DNA from: Candidatus Peribacteria bacterium
GTDB taxonomy: Bacteria; Patescibacteriota; Gracilibacteria; UBA1369; 2-02-FULL-48-14
Length of the DNA stretch: 64,000 bases
Reading direction: 5' to 3'
Assembly (NCBI GenBank): GCA_943349825.1
Contig: CALQZQ010000006.1
Span: 17,582-81,581, forward strand
In this document: one piece after another, positions 39,993 to 49,170 of the stretch
Position numbering within the stretch: the first letter of the stretch is position 1
How the letters are laid out: every line of letters starts with the position of its first letter
The notes under the pieces: generated by a model
The model's input: only the letters and a program-made list of their open reading frames with translations
What the model was told of the DNA's origin: nothing
Databases searched by the model: none
Translations under genes and position numbers: made by a program

Positions 39993-41294
39993 TTATTTCA
40001 CTTCGATCTTTGCCTGTCCACCCATGTACGGTCTGAGCACTTCCGGGATGGTCACGCTGCCGTCGGCGTTTTGGTACATTTCCAAAATGGGAATGAGGAT
40101 GCGGGGGGAAGCCACGCAGGTGTTGTTGAGGGTGTGCACGAACTTGGTTTTGCCCTCCGCGTCTTTGTAGCGGATGTTGAGGCGGCGGGATTGGAAATCC
40201 AAGAACGTGGAGCAGGAATGTGTTTCGCCGTAACTGTTGCGGGAAGGCATCCAGGTTTCGATGTCGTTTTTGTAGTATTGGCCCAGGCCCATGTCTCCGC
40301 TGCACACGGCCACCACTCGGTAGGGAAGTTTTAAATCTTGCAGCACTTCTTCTGCATTTTTAAGCAAGAAGGCATGGAGGCGTTTGTCTTCTTCGGGATC
40401 GTCGGTGCTCAGCACCACTTGTTCCACTTTTTGGAATTGGTGGATGCGGTAGAGTCCGCGGGTGTCCTTGCCGTAAGTACCGGCTTCACGGCGGAAACAG
40501 TAAGAGTAACCGGCGTAAAGTTTGGGCAGATCTTTTTCTGCAAGAATTTCGTCCGCGTGGTAGGAAGCTACGGAAACTTCGCTGGTTCCAATCAAATATT
40601 TCTCGTCGCTTTCTATGTGCTCCATTTCGGGGCGTTTCACTCCGAGCGCATAGGCTTGTTCTTCGCCGCCGGGGAAGTAGCTGGTGCCCACCATTGCGTC
40701 GCGGTTCACCATGAGCGGAGGCAGGAAGAGCGTAAAGCCTTTGGCGATGAGTTTGTCCACGGTGTAGCGCATGATGGCCAGTTCCAAAAGGGCGCCTTGG
40801 TTTTTGAGGAAATAGCTGCGGGAGCCGCCGATTTTTACGCCGCGTTCTACGTCGATGAGGTCGAGTTCTTCGCCGAGGGTGATGTGGTCTTTGATTTCAA
40901 AATCCCATTGGGGGAGTTCACCCCAGGTGTACATTTCCACATTTTCGCTGTCGTCTTTGCCTTCGGGAGTTTCGGGTGAAATGAGCCCGGGAGCGCGGAG
41001 CAAAAGGCCTTTCCATTCTTCGTTCAGACGGTTCATTTCTTCGTCGAGGCGTTTTTCATCGCTGCCCACGGCACGCATGTCTTCGATCGCGCGTTTTTTT
41101 TCATCTCCGGTGAGTTTTTGAATCTGTTCGCTGGCCGCATTTTTCTTCGCGCGAATTCCTTCAATTTCGGCTAGGAGTTTGCGGCGTTTTTCATCCACTT
41201 CAATAAAATGATCCACGTCGAATTTGGAATGCTTTTTGCGAGCCGCTTCTTTAACGGCCTCGGGGTTTTGAACGATGTATTTGGGGTCGATCAT
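39993..41294 (-). CDS. serS: seryl-tRNA synthetase
   Basis: 433 aa with an N-terminal coiled-coil arm. Class II motifs include FRREAG and GLGQ..YKNDIETW. Confidence 0.96.
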   Translation of the reverse strand: MIDPKYIVQNPEAVKEAARKKHSKFDVDHFIEVDEKRRKLLAEIEGIRAKKNAASEQIQKLTGDEKKRAIEDMRAVGSDEKRLDEEMNRLNEEWKGLLLRAPGLISPETPEGKDDSENVEMYTWGELPQWDFEIKDHITLGEELDLIDVERGVKIGGSRSYFLKNQGALLELAIMRYTVDKLIAKGFTLFLPPLMVNRDAMVGTSYFPGGEEQAYALGVKRPEMEHIESDEKYLIGTSEVSVASYHADEILAEKDLPKLYAGYSYCFRREAGTYGKDTRGLYRIHQFQKVEQVVLSTDDPEEDKRLHAFLLKNAEEVLQDLKLPYRVVAVCSGDMGLGQYYKNDIETWMPSRNSYGETHSCSTFLDFQSRRLNIRYKDAEGKTKFVHTLNNTCVASPRILIPILEMYQNADGSVTIPEVLRPYMGGQAKIEVK

Positions 41295-41351
41295 GGGGAA
41301 AATAAAGACCCCGCCAGGATAGCGAAGAAGGAGAGTGGCAGCAAGGGGATG

Positions 41352-41537
41352 CTATTTTTCTTCCCAATCTTGATCGTCAGTGCCTGAAGCGCCAACGCTG
41401 GCACATTTTATGCCTACCGCATTACGGACTTCTTCAGGTACGCCCTCACCAGGTTTTTGAGGGTCGATAGGGAGTCCTTTCGTTAAACGATTTAGGTCTA
41501 CTCGTTCTTGGGCTTTGTCTTCTCGAAGTTCTGACAT
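41352..41537 (-). CDS. small acidic protein (61 aa)
   Basis: From the ORF track. No motif. Confidence 0.35.
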   Translation of the reverse strand: MSELREDKAQERVDLNRLTKGLPIDPQKPGEGVPEEVRNAVGIKCASVGASGTDDQDWEEK

Positions 41538-41592
41538 AGTGTTGTATTAGTCGTCACTAATTAAACACTATTTCGTAATTAAGTCAATCGCC

Positions 41593-41772
41593 TTACTGTC
41601 TTTGGTCCATTGAGTCTATGCGATCTGTACTGTTGCTCACGGACATGGTGCTGATTTGTTCTAAAGCGAGTATGATGCCTGCGGTTACGTCTACTACATC
41701 TCCTCCCATTCTTCTGCTTAGAGCGCGTTCGTCATCTGTTCGGGATTCGCCATCGTGGGTTTCTGTGGACAT
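41593..41772 (-). CDS. small acidic protein (59 aa, below ORF-track cutoff)
   Basis: My own translation: MSTETHDGESRTDDERALSRRMGGDVVDVTAGIILALEQISTMSVSNSTDRIDSMDQRQ. Confidence 0.3.
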   Translation of the reverse strand: MSTETHDGESRTDDERALSRRMGGDVVDVTAGIILALEQISTMSVSNSTDRIDSMDQRQ

Positions 41773-41828
41773 AAGGTGAGTTTAAAGTAGGCGCATTTAA
41801 TCTGTAGTTCTTCATCAAGTCAAGTGCA

Positions 41829-42407
41829 CTATAGAAATTCTATCGAATCCATCATAGCCTGTAGCGCATCCAGATCCTCTTGCAAAGAAGTGAGCTCTTT
41901 GGTGGTTTGGATGACGTGCATGTGCTTATTGTAGGAGAAGTTGCTTCGTGTGGTTTCGAATTGTTTTTGGGAACCCCAAGTCCATGTAACGTAGTAGGCG
42001 GCTTGTTCGCCGATCGTCGTCAGTCCTTCCGATGTCAGTGTGGCGGTGGCGTCTTCGTCGAAATCTGCGCGCAGGACTTGACTGAAGGACTGGAGCTCGG
42101 CGTCATCCAGGGCGTCGATTTCTTTCTTGAACCGGCTGAATTCAAAAGTGATTTGGGATTGATCGTCTGTTTTCACTATTTTGATCCCGCTTTCCGAAGT
42201 GCTTTCGTTGTAGGAGGTTTCCCAGTTGATGGGAACCTCTATTGTTAAACCATAGTCTGCGTAGATTTTTTCTTGTGTGGCCGTGCTTGTGGCGCTGGTT
42301 TCTGTCGGGCCGCTGTTGTCGCTGGTGCTGCCAAAGTACTTCGCACAGCCGGAAAGTAGGAAAAGGCTGGTCAAAACTAAGCTCAGTGAACTTTTGCGGA
42401 AATTCAT
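41829..42407 (-). CDS. lipoprotein (192 aa)
   Basis: MNFRKSSLSLVLTSLFLLSGC, a signal peptide plus lipobox. Confidence 0.7.
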   Translation of the reverse strand: MNFRKSSLSLVLTSLFLLSGCAKYFGSTSDNSGPTETSATSTATQEKIYADYGLTIEVPINWETSYNESTSESGIKIVKTDDQSQITFEFSRFKKEIDALDDAELQSFSQVLRADFDEDATATLTSEGLTTIGEQAAYYVTWTWGSQKQFETTRSNFSYNKHMHVIQTTKELTSLQEDLDALQAMMDSIEFL

Positions 42408-42494
42408 GGGAGGGAGGTGAGGAGTGTCTGAATATTACTGGAGGCTCTGGGTGTCGCCAAGTGAGCGGCTTTGACAGAATTTTAAAATTACAGA

Positions 42495-42530
42495 GAAAAT
42501 ACCGCCAGCGGGTTGCGCGGCAATATTTTC
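42495..42530 (-). terminator. long hairpin terminator after the 42542 paralog
   Basis: The minus-strand RNA is GAAAAUAUUGCCGC...GCGGUAUUUUC, a ~13-bp stem, followed by UCUGUAAUUUUAAAAUU. Confidence 0.6.
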
Positions 42531-42541
42531 TGAGTTGTCAA

Positions 42542-42937
42542 TTAGGCCTTTTTCTCCTTCTTCTCCACTTTCACAATAGGCAGACGCTTCACGAGTACCT
42601 GTTTGCCTTCGATCAGCACCTGGAGTTCGATGGGATCCATGCTTTCGATCTTTAGGCCTTGGATGCCCCAGAAGTGGTTGTGCACGGCGAGTTCCTGCTC
42701 GATTTCTTTGTCGAACTGAGCCTTGGCGAGCACTTTGTCCTGCTGCATCAGCGTGAACGTGATGGAGTGCTTGCCCTTGGGCAAGAAGAGTTTGCTGACC
42801 ACGAACATTTGAGGGTGCACGGCGGGCACTTGCTCGGTCATGATGCGGTCGAAGATGCCGCTCATGTTGAGCTTGCCGTCCATGGACACATTGGCGTAGT
42901 CACAGAACAGAGCGTATTCAATAGGTTGGATTTGCAT
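42542..42937 (-). CDS. uncharacterised 131-aa protein, paralog B
   Basis: Shares CD(Y/H)A..S.DGKLN..GIF....(T/M)E.P..HPQM(F/Y)V...L.L.KG.H.....L.Q.DKVLAK with 43033-43437. Confidence 0.65.
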   Translation of the reverse strand: MQIQPIEYALFCDYANVSMDGKLNMSGIFDRIMTEQVPAVHPQMFVVSKLFLPKGKHSITFTLMQQDKVLAKAQFDKEIEQELAVHNHFWGIQGLKIESMDPIELQVLIEGKQVLVKRLPIVKVEKKEKKA

Positions 42938-43032
42938 AGAGGGTGAAGATTAAGTGGGTAAGTTGGTGAGGCGTAAGTCTGTGCGCACAGAGATTTTGGT
43001 CTATTTTTTGGCTTTAATAAGCCATTTCGTCT

Positions 43033-43437
43033 TCAATTTTCTTTCGTGGGTTTCTTGAAGGGCTTGGGCAGACGATAGATGGGCAGCGTGGCGGAGTCAA
43101 TTTCATCGCCGTTTTCGTAGACTTTGAGAGTGAGCGGAGCGTAGGACTCCAGCGTGAGATCGAAGACACCCCAGAGGTGATTTTGCTCCTGCGTTTTTTG
43201 TGTCACGGTGAGTTCGAAGCTGGTCTTCGCGAGGACTTTGTCTTCCTGCTGCAGCGTGAGCATGAATTGGTGCTCGCCCTTGCCGAGGTGAAGGCGCGTG
43301 AGCACATACATCTGCGGATGTTTGGTGGGCGTTTCCATGGCGAAGAGACTTTCGAAGATGCCATTGAGATTCAACTTCCCGTCCGTGCTCATAGAAGCAT
43401 GGTCGCAGAAGTGGACAAAGGGGACGGTGGTTTTCAT
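43033..43437 (-). CDS. uncharacterised 134-aa protein, paralog A
   Basis: Paralog of 42542-42937. Its start overlaps the hicA stop by 4 nt. Confidence 0.65.
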   Translation of the reverse strand: MKTTVPFVHFCDHASMSTDGKLNLNGIFESLFAMETPTKHPQMYVLTRLHLGKGEHQFMLTLQQEDKVLAKTSFELTVTQKTQEQNHLWGVFDLTLESYAPLTLKVYENGDEIDSATLPIYRLPKPFKKPTKEN

Positions 43438-43646
43438 AGAAATGCGGATTCTTCTAAATGGGATTGTTTGAGGATGGATCGAAAAGTTCCTTGAGGGATT
43501 TCTTTTTTATTCATGGGAAGTATGACGGTGAGAGTGGGGTCGCCATTCTTCCTAAACTTCCCATGACTGCCGTGCTGTCCGACGAAAAAGAAGCCGTCTG
43601 ATTCCAATACTTTTGCGATTTTCTTGGAAGAGTACAGCTTAGGCAT
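43434..43646 (-). CDS. hicA: HicA-family mRNA interferase toxin
   Basis: 70 aa. KKIAKVLESDGFFFVGQHGSHGKFRK is the HicA/YcfA dsRBD-like pattern with the catalytic GSH. Confidence 0.85.
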   Translation of the reverse strand: MPKLYSSKKIAKVLESDGFFFVGQHGSHGKFRKNGDPTLTVILPMNKKEIPQGTFRSILKQSHLEESAFL

Positions 43647-43851
43647 AGCTCCAAGGCATAGAAATCAGTTCCGGTTTTTCTACTTTTGTCACGGTGTGAT
43701 CGTCCTGGAAGTATAATTCCAGTGCTTCTTTGAGATTCTTCACCGCTTCATCCTTTGTTTTTCCAAAGCTAGAAACTTCCACATTGAGACACTGAGAAAC
43801 ATAGTATTTCCCTTCTTTCCAGACCAGGACTTGTAGATTGGATAGGTTCAT
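43639..43851 (-). CDS. hicB: HicB-like antitoxin (short form, no DNA-binding domain)
   Basis: 70 aa. KEGKYYVSQCLNVEVSSFGKTKDEAVKNLKEALELYF is the HicB N-domain pattern. It overlaps hicA by 8 nt. Confidence 0.75.
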   Translation of the reverse strand: MNLSNLQVLVWKEGKYYVSQCLNVEVSSFGKTKDEAVKNLKEALELYFQDDHTVTKVEKPELISMPWSYA

Positions 43852-43857
43852 GGGTTT

Positions 43858-43866
43858 ATTTTAGCA
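43858..43866 (-). promoter_or_regulatory. extended -10 (TGcTAAAAT) 6 nt before hicB ATG: leaderless
   Basis: On the minus strand TAAAAT is at 43858-43863 and the ATG at 43851. Confidence 0.5.
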
Positions 43867-43893
43867 TGAAATAGTGAAGTGAACATTCAATCT

Positions 43894-45822
43894 CTACTTC
43901 GCCTCTCCCTCCACAACAGATCCTTCTTCCGCCGGCTTGTCGTCCGCAGGTTTTTCGTCCTTCGGGTAAACCTTCACATCGGGGTCGTTGGTGGCGCCGG
44001 CTTCGGCACCGGCAGCATCGGGCTGGGCGTACATGGCGGCGCCGATTTTTTGGAGTTCGGTGGAGAGAGCGTCGCTGGCGGACTTCAAGTCTTCCTGAGA
44101 AGCCTCTGCGTTTTCGAGGAGTTTTTTGAGGGCGGAAAGTTTTTCATCTACGACGGGTTTCACGTCTGCGGGGACTTTGTCTCCGAGGTCTTTGAGGGTG
44201 CGTTCGGTTTGGGAAACGAGGGATTCAGCGGTGACGCGAGCCTCCACGGATTCCTTCTTTTTCTTGTCTTCGTCCGCGTGCATTTCGGCTTCTTTTTTCA
44301 TCTTTTCAATCTCTTCTTTGGAGAGTCCGGAGTGGCCGGTGATGGTGATGTGCTGCACTTTGTTGGTGGCTTTGTCCGTGGCTTTCACGTTCATGATTCC
44401 GTTGGCGTCGATGTCGAAGCTCACTTCAATTTGAGGCACGCCGCGAGGAGCGGGGGGGATGCCGTCGAGTTGGAAAGTTCCGAGGAATTTGTTGTCCTTC
44501 GCGATGGGGCGTTCTCCTTGGTAAATGCGCACTTCCACGGAAGGTTGGCTGTCCGCTGCGGTGGAGAAGGTTTGTGATTTGGAAGTGGGGATGGTGGAGT
44601 TGCGTTCGATCATCGGGGTGAGCACGCCGCCGAGGGTTTCGATGCCAAGGGTGAGGGGAGTCACGTCGAGGAGCAAAATGTCTTTCACGTCGCCTTGCAG
44701 CACTCCACCTTGAATCGCGGCGCCGAGGGCCACGACTTCATCCGGGTTGATTCCGCGGTGAGGTTCACGGCCGAAAATTTCTTTGGCCTTGGCTTGCACG
44801 GAAGGCATACGCGTCATACCTCCCACGAGCACCACTTCCGCGATGTCGCTGACAAAGACGCCGGAATCGTCGATGGCCTTTTTGCAAGGGCCGGCGAGTT
44901 TTTCGAGCAGTTCGGCACAGAGGTCTTCCAACTTGCTGCGAGACAGTTTGATCACCATGTGTTTGGGACCGTTTTTGTCTGCGGTGAGGAAGGGCAGGTT
45001 GATTTCGGTTTCGTGTTGGCTGGAGAGTTCGATCTTTGCTTTTTCTGCGGCTTCTTTGAGACGTTGCAGCGCGACCTTGTCGTCCTTGAGGTCGATGCCT
45101 TCTTGTTTTTTGAATTCAGCCACGAGCCATTCGATGACGACGTTGTCGAAATCGTCTCCTCCCAAGAAGGTGTCTCCGTTGGTGGAGAGCACTTGGAATA
45201 CACCTTCACCGAGTTCCAAAATGGACACGTCGAAGGTTCCTCCTCCCAAATCGAAGACGGCGATTTTTTTGTCGCCGGTGTGTTTGTCCAGGCCGTAGGC
45301 GAGAGCCGCGGCGGTGGGTTCGTTGATGATGCGTTCCACGGTGAGTCCAGCAATTTCTCCGGCGTCTTTGGTGGCTTGGCGCTGCGCGTCGTTGAAGTAG
45401 GCGGGCACGGTGATCACTGCGCGAGTCACGGGTTCACCCAAGAATTTTTCCGCATCGGCTTTTACTTTTTGCAGCACCATCGCGCCGATTTCTGCGGGGC
45501 GACGATTTTTGCCTTCGAGCATGATGTCCACTTCGCCGTCTTTGCCGGTTTTGCATTCAAAAGGGAAGCGCTTGATGAGCTCGCTGACTTCGCTGGATTG
45601 GCGGCCGATGAGACGTTTGGAAGAGAAGATGGTGTTTTTTTCGTTCATCACCATTTGGCGTTTGGCAGAATCTCCCACCAGACGTTCACCGTCTTTGATG
45701 GCGACGATGGAAGGGGTGGTGTTTTTGCCTTCCACGTTTGGGATCACCGTGGCTTCTCCGCCTTGCATCACGGCGAAACAGGTGTTGGTGGTTCCGAGAT
45801 CGATTCCAATGATACGAGACAT
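43894..45822 (-). CDS. dnaK: molecular chaperone DnaK (Hsp70)
   Basis: GIDLGTTNT and [10 protein letters not shown] motifs, 642 aa. Confidence 0.99.
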   Translation of the reverse strand: MSRIIGIDLGTTNTCFAVMQGGEATVIPNVEGKNTTPSIVAIKDGERLVGDSAKRQMVMNEKNTIFSSKRLIGRQSSEVSELIKRFPFECKTGKDGEVDIMLEGKNRRPAEIGAMVLQKVKADAEKFLGEPVTRAVITVPAYFNDAQRQATKDAGEIAGLTVERIINEPTAAALAYGLDKHTGDKKIAVFDLGGGTFDVSILELGEGVFQVLSTNGDTFLGGDDFDNVVIEWLVAEFKKQEGIDLKDDKVALQRLKEAAEKAKIELSSQHETEINLPFLTADKNGPKHMVIKLSRSKLEDLCAELLEKLAGPCKKAIDDSGVFVSDIAEVVLVGGMTRMPSVQAKAKEIFGREPHRGINPDEVVALGAAIQGGVLQGDVKDILLLDVTPLTLGIETLGGVLTPMIERNSTIPTSKSQTFSTAADSQPSVEVRIYQGERPIAKDNKFLGTFQLDGIPPAPRGVPQIEVSFDIDANGIMNVKATDKATNKVQHITITGHSGLSKEEIEKMKKEAEMHADEDKKKKESVEARVTAESLVSQTERTLKDLGDKVPADVKPVVDEKLSALKKLLENAEASQEDLKSASDALSTELQKIGAAMYAQPDAAGAEAGATNDPDVKVYPKDEKPADDKPAEEGSVVEGEAK

Positions 45823-45837
45823 AGTTTGTTTGTTAAA

Positions 45838-45864
45838 TTAGCACTCAGCATATTAGTGTGCTAA
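45838..45864. promoter_or_regulatory. CIRCE operator (HrcA binding site)
   Basis: TTAGCACTC-N9-GTGTGCTAA differs at one position from the consensus TTAGCACTC-N9-GAGTGCTAA. It lies 16 nt upstream of the dnaK ATG. Confidence 0.85.
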
Positions 45865-45874
45865 GTGCGGGGCG

Positions 45875-46306
45875 TCAAGAGTTTATGAGTCTATGGAGAC
45901 GCATGCCCGCCTCGAAACTTTTGCAGCTCAGTAAATCTTTTATTATGGGTTCAAGTTTTATTCGGAGGGGATTGTCAGAGGGAAGATCCTCTATTTCATC
46001 CATCAATCGCTTTAAACGGGTTGGGTCCTGAGTCCCCATGCCGAGACAACTCACGTAGGAGCTTGCTGCGTTGGCTACCCGTGCGATGAGGCTGGTGGGT
46101 GCCGTTACGGAGTCGATTTGCTCTCGACTTCTGGCGCGTTGAGCGGCCAGAGCCCTTTCTTGAGCTGCCGCTCTTTGCGTGGATTCTAATCCTCTTAGGC
46201 GCGCTTCTTCGGCTCTTTGAGCCACTCGTGTTTTTTGTCGATCGAGCATGCTTCCTCCGTCTTTGATCATGGGCGCATCCGCTTTGTTCCATTCAGGCTC
46301 CTTCAT
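45875..46306 (-). CDS. hypothetical 143-aa protein inserted between grpE and dnaK
   Basis: Arg/Ala/Gln-rich helical N-half. No motif. Confidence 0.5.
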   Translation of the reverse strand: MKEPEWNKADAPMIKDGGSMLDRQKTRVAQRAEEARLRGLESTQRAAAQERALAAQRARSREQIDSVTAPTSLIARVANAASSYVSCLGMGTQDPTRLKRLMDEIEDLPSDNPLRIKLEPIIKDLLSCKSFEAGMRLHRLINS

Positions 46307-46371
46307 GTTGTTTTCCTTAGTTGCTAAGGACTAATTCTGCACGATTTCCTCCGCTGCGTCCATAGCCTGGT

Positions 46372-46857
46372 TCACAATTTCCCCACCATTACTTTGGCGG
46401 GGCGGATGGTTTTTCCGTTGAAAGCGTAGCCTTTTTCAAAAATCTGAACCACGTGGCCGGCGGTGCCGTCTCCTTCCATCAGCATTTCGTGGCGATGAGG
46501 GTCGGCGGGCACATCGATTTGATCGATGACTTCCAGGCCCAGATCAGTGAGGGCTTTCAAAAGGTTGGACTCGATGGCTTCGACTCCTTTCACCCATTCG
46601 TTGCTTTTGAGTTCTTCGGGCATGCTGCCGAAGGCGCGGGCAAAGTTATCGAGGGCGGGGAAGAGGGCTTCCAGAAATTTGCGGTTGGCAAAGACTTGGA
46701 TTTCGCCCCGTTCTTCGTCGGTGCGGCGTTTGAAGTTTTGCAAATCGGCCATGGCGCGCTTGGCGGTTTCGGTCATCGCGGCCAGGTCCGCTTGGAGCTG
46801 GGTGACTATGGGGTCCTGGGTGGTGTTGTCCTGAGGGGGGTTTTGGTTGGTGTTCAT
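46372..46857 (-). CDS. grpE: nucleotide exchange factor GrpE
   Basis: DLQNFKRRTDEE and the C-terminal GYAFNGKTIRPAKV pattern. Confidence 0.93.
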   Translation of the reverse strand: MNTNQNPPQDNTTQDPIVTQLQADLAAMTETAKRAMADLQNFKRRTDEERGEIQVFANRKFLEALFPALDNFARAFGSMPEELKSNEWVKGVEAIESNLLKALTDLGLEVIDQIDVPADPHRHEMLMEGDGTAGHVVQIFEKGYAFNGKTIRPAKVMVGKL

Positions 46858-46901
46858 GGCTGCATTGTATTACACTTTTCGTGACTATTTAATCACAAAT
46901 T

Positions 46902-47717
46902 ATGAAACGTCTTTTATCCCTCGCTTTCTTGCTCGCGTTTTCAATGAATATTTTCAGTGTCGCAGCGGTAGAAACCGATCCTACGGACCAGCCTTGCGGG
47001 GAATGGGACGACGTGTCTTCCACTTATATGGATGTGATCACCGACGTTTGTGAACGTGGAATCATGGCGGGCTTGGGATCCTCCAATTTTGACGGTGACT
47101 TTGGTATTTCTCGCGCTATGGCGGCTACGGTGGGCAGCCGTATTGCCATGGGGCCCGATGATTTTAATAGCATGGAAGATGCCAACAGTTTTTATATCGA
47201 TCAGTTGCAAAACTATTTCACGGATGTGCCCACGAACGACGAGTGGAACAATTGGCTGCTCAAGGCCATGTACTATGCTAGGACTCAGCATGTTATGAGT
47301 GGAGATGCCAATTCGGGTGGAGTTACGACTTTTCGCTATAATGATGATGTGACCACCGCAGAGATCTTGAAAATTTTATTCGAAGCGGCGGATGCCAGGG
47401 ACGTACTCAATGTTTCGGATGCTTCTTCGGTGAGTTACGATGGCAGCCCTTGGTATGCGGATGTCGTTGCGGAATATTACGCTATGGGAGTGATCAATAG
47501 TTATAGTGCTGATGGCGGTGAGGGCGATTATATCCAGTTTTACATTTACTACGACACGTCGGACAGCTCTAAAAAGAACCTCATTCGTTTGGGGCTCAAT
47601 GACGAGATCACTCGCCAGAATGTGGCTTTCCTCGTTTACGAAATGATCGATCAAGGCATGATGGAGGATCCGAATGGAGATCTTCAGGAAGTTCCGGATA
47701 CGATAGGGAGGCTTTAA
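46902..47717 (+). CDS. secreted SLH-repeat protein (third SLH gene in window)
   Basis: A signal peptide and three SLH-like repeats (W.DV....I..V...GIM.G......F.G...ISRA). Confidence 0.7.
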   Translation: MKRLLSLAFLLAFSMNIFSVAAVETDPTDQPCGEWDDVSSTYMDVITDVCERGIMAGLGSSNFDGDFGISRAMAATVGSRIAMGPDDFNSMEDANSFYIDQLQNYFTDVPTNDEWNNWLLKAMYYARTQHVMSGDANSGGVTTFRYNDDVTTAEILKILFEAADARDVLNVSDASSVSYDGSPWYADVVAEYYAMGVINSYSADGGEGDYIQFYIYYDTSDSSKKNLIRLGLNDEITRQNVAFLVYEMIDQGMMEDPNGDLQEVPDTIGRL

Positions 47718-47805
47718 AGCCCGCCGCTTTCCAGCAAGTCTCTCACCTGCGTGAGGATAGCGCTGTTGTAGGCATAAGGCATACGCTTGGGGCCGAGGAG
47801 CCCAG
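47714..47805 (-). pseudogene. remnant copy of the last ~28 codons of hrcA
   Basis: About 82% nt identity (64/78) with 49181-49259. It translates as [29 protein letters not shown], against [29 protein letters not shown] at the end of the intact hrcA. Confidence 0.85.
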
Positions 47806-47830
47806 CGGGGTCTTGCTTATTTTGATATTA

Positions 47831-47839
47831 TGTTATAAT
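47831..47839 (+). promoter_or_regulatory. extended -10 (TGtTATAAT) upstream of 47860 gene
   Basis: TATAAT at 47834-47839. The ATG is 20 nt downstream. Confidence 0.55.
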
Positions 47840-47859
47840 ATGCACTTCTAATCTAAAGT

Positions 47860-49170
47860 ATGCCTGAGAGAGTCGCCACTATTACAGGAGTAAGAGATCC
47901 CATTCCTTTGGTTCTGGCGCAACGTTATCGAAGAGGTGAAGAAGAAGATGAGGACGGTTTCCATGTCGAAGGGGATACATTTGGTGGATCTTACCTTAGT
48001 GCTATCAAAAGGATTGCACGTTTCGAGAACATACAAGCTAAGCCTATGCTTTTGGAGATTGAAAGGGGAAGAAGTGCCGTACTTCTGACTCAGACTCTCG
48101 GTACCATGAAGGAGTTATCCAATCGTCCTGTTACCCGCCCTTTGGTGGAGCGGTGGCTTAGCGCTTTGCATGAACCTATTGCCACTCAGACTACAGTTCC
48201 ACAGGCTTTGCAATTTTTTCAAAATACGCCCTATCCTCCTCAAGAGGTTCCTGACATTCTCAGGGTAGCTTTTCGTATCCAGAGTTTAGCAGAATCGATG
48301 GGTAAAGGTGAAATGGCTCCTGAACTTCTTTATCCTTTGCTTGCTGCATCAGAGACAAAAAATAACTTGGCCCAAGGAAAGCTTGAAATCTTTCTTGCTG
48401 CCCATTGGAACCGCTTGGTAGAACAAGTGGTTCAACATTTTTGCCGTGAACTCCCCGGGTCTGAAGCTTTGATTCGTGAACGGATAAAAGCAAGGGCTGC
48501 TTTTATTCATTTTAAAATCACCGATTTTTTGGCTTTGGTGGATTTGGACGACGATGTACGTCGATTGAGTGGGACTTGGAGTGTCACTAACGGTGAGATG
48601 ATGCTTTCGAGTGCTTTATTTACCCGAGATCTAGGAAAGCTGGAGCATGTGATTCTTCATGAACTGTCTCACGCTGTTTCTGGGGTGAATTTAGAGGTTT
48701 CCGTTTACGATGATGACAGTCTCTTGGATGGTGAAATGCCACGAAATCACGATGAACTTGTGGAAGCTCTTTACGACACTCCTCTTGATCTTGGGTATAA
48801 AAGAGCTTTGGATTTGGGGAACGGTTATCCTACGTGGCTGGTGGAGGCCATTACGGAGGGCGAAGTGGTTGATATGATGCAAGCTGAGGAGCCGGAATCT
48901 TTTTACCCACATGAGCGTGGTTTGCGGGCCTTTTTACAGAGCGCTCCTACGGTAAGAAGGGCTTTGCCGGCGGCCTATTTGGAGTTGCATGATGATGACA
49001 GTGGTTTTGCGGGTTTACATGTAGCTTGTTCGCAGCATTTTGGAGAGAATTCACTCCGTCTTTTGGACAGTGTGGTCGCCAAACATCGCCCCGAAGGGGC
49101 TCTCACAGTTGTGCGAGGATTTCATGGAAAGTCGGTTGATTTTGCTCGATATCTGAAGAGTCAACTCTAG
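47860..49170 (+). CDS. orphan soluble protein with HExxH zinc-metallopeptidase-like motif
   Basis: 436 aa. [12 protein letters not shown], plus downstream [10 protein letters not shown] as a possible third ligand. There is no signal peptide. Confidence 0.55.
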   Translation: MPERVATITGVRDPIPLVLAQRYRRGEEEDEDGFHVEGDTFGGSYLSAIKRIARFENIQAKPMLLEIERGRSAVLLTQTLGTMKELSNRPVTRPLVERWLSALHEPIATQTTVPQALQFFQNTPYPPQEVPDILRVAFRIQSLAESMGKGEMAPELLYPLLAASETKNNLAQGKLEIFLAAHWNRLVEQVVQHFCRELPGSEALIRERIKARAAFIHFKITDFLALVDLDDDVRRLSGTWSVTNGEMMLSSALFTRDLGKLEHVILHELSHAVSGVNLEVSVYDDDSLLDGEMPRNHDELVEALYDTPLDLGYKRALDLGNGYPTWLVEAITEGEVVDMMQAEEPESFYPHERGLRAFLQSAPTVRRALPAAYLELHDDDSGFAGLHVACSQHFGENSLRLLDSVVAKHRPEGALTVVRGFHGKSVDFARYLKSQL

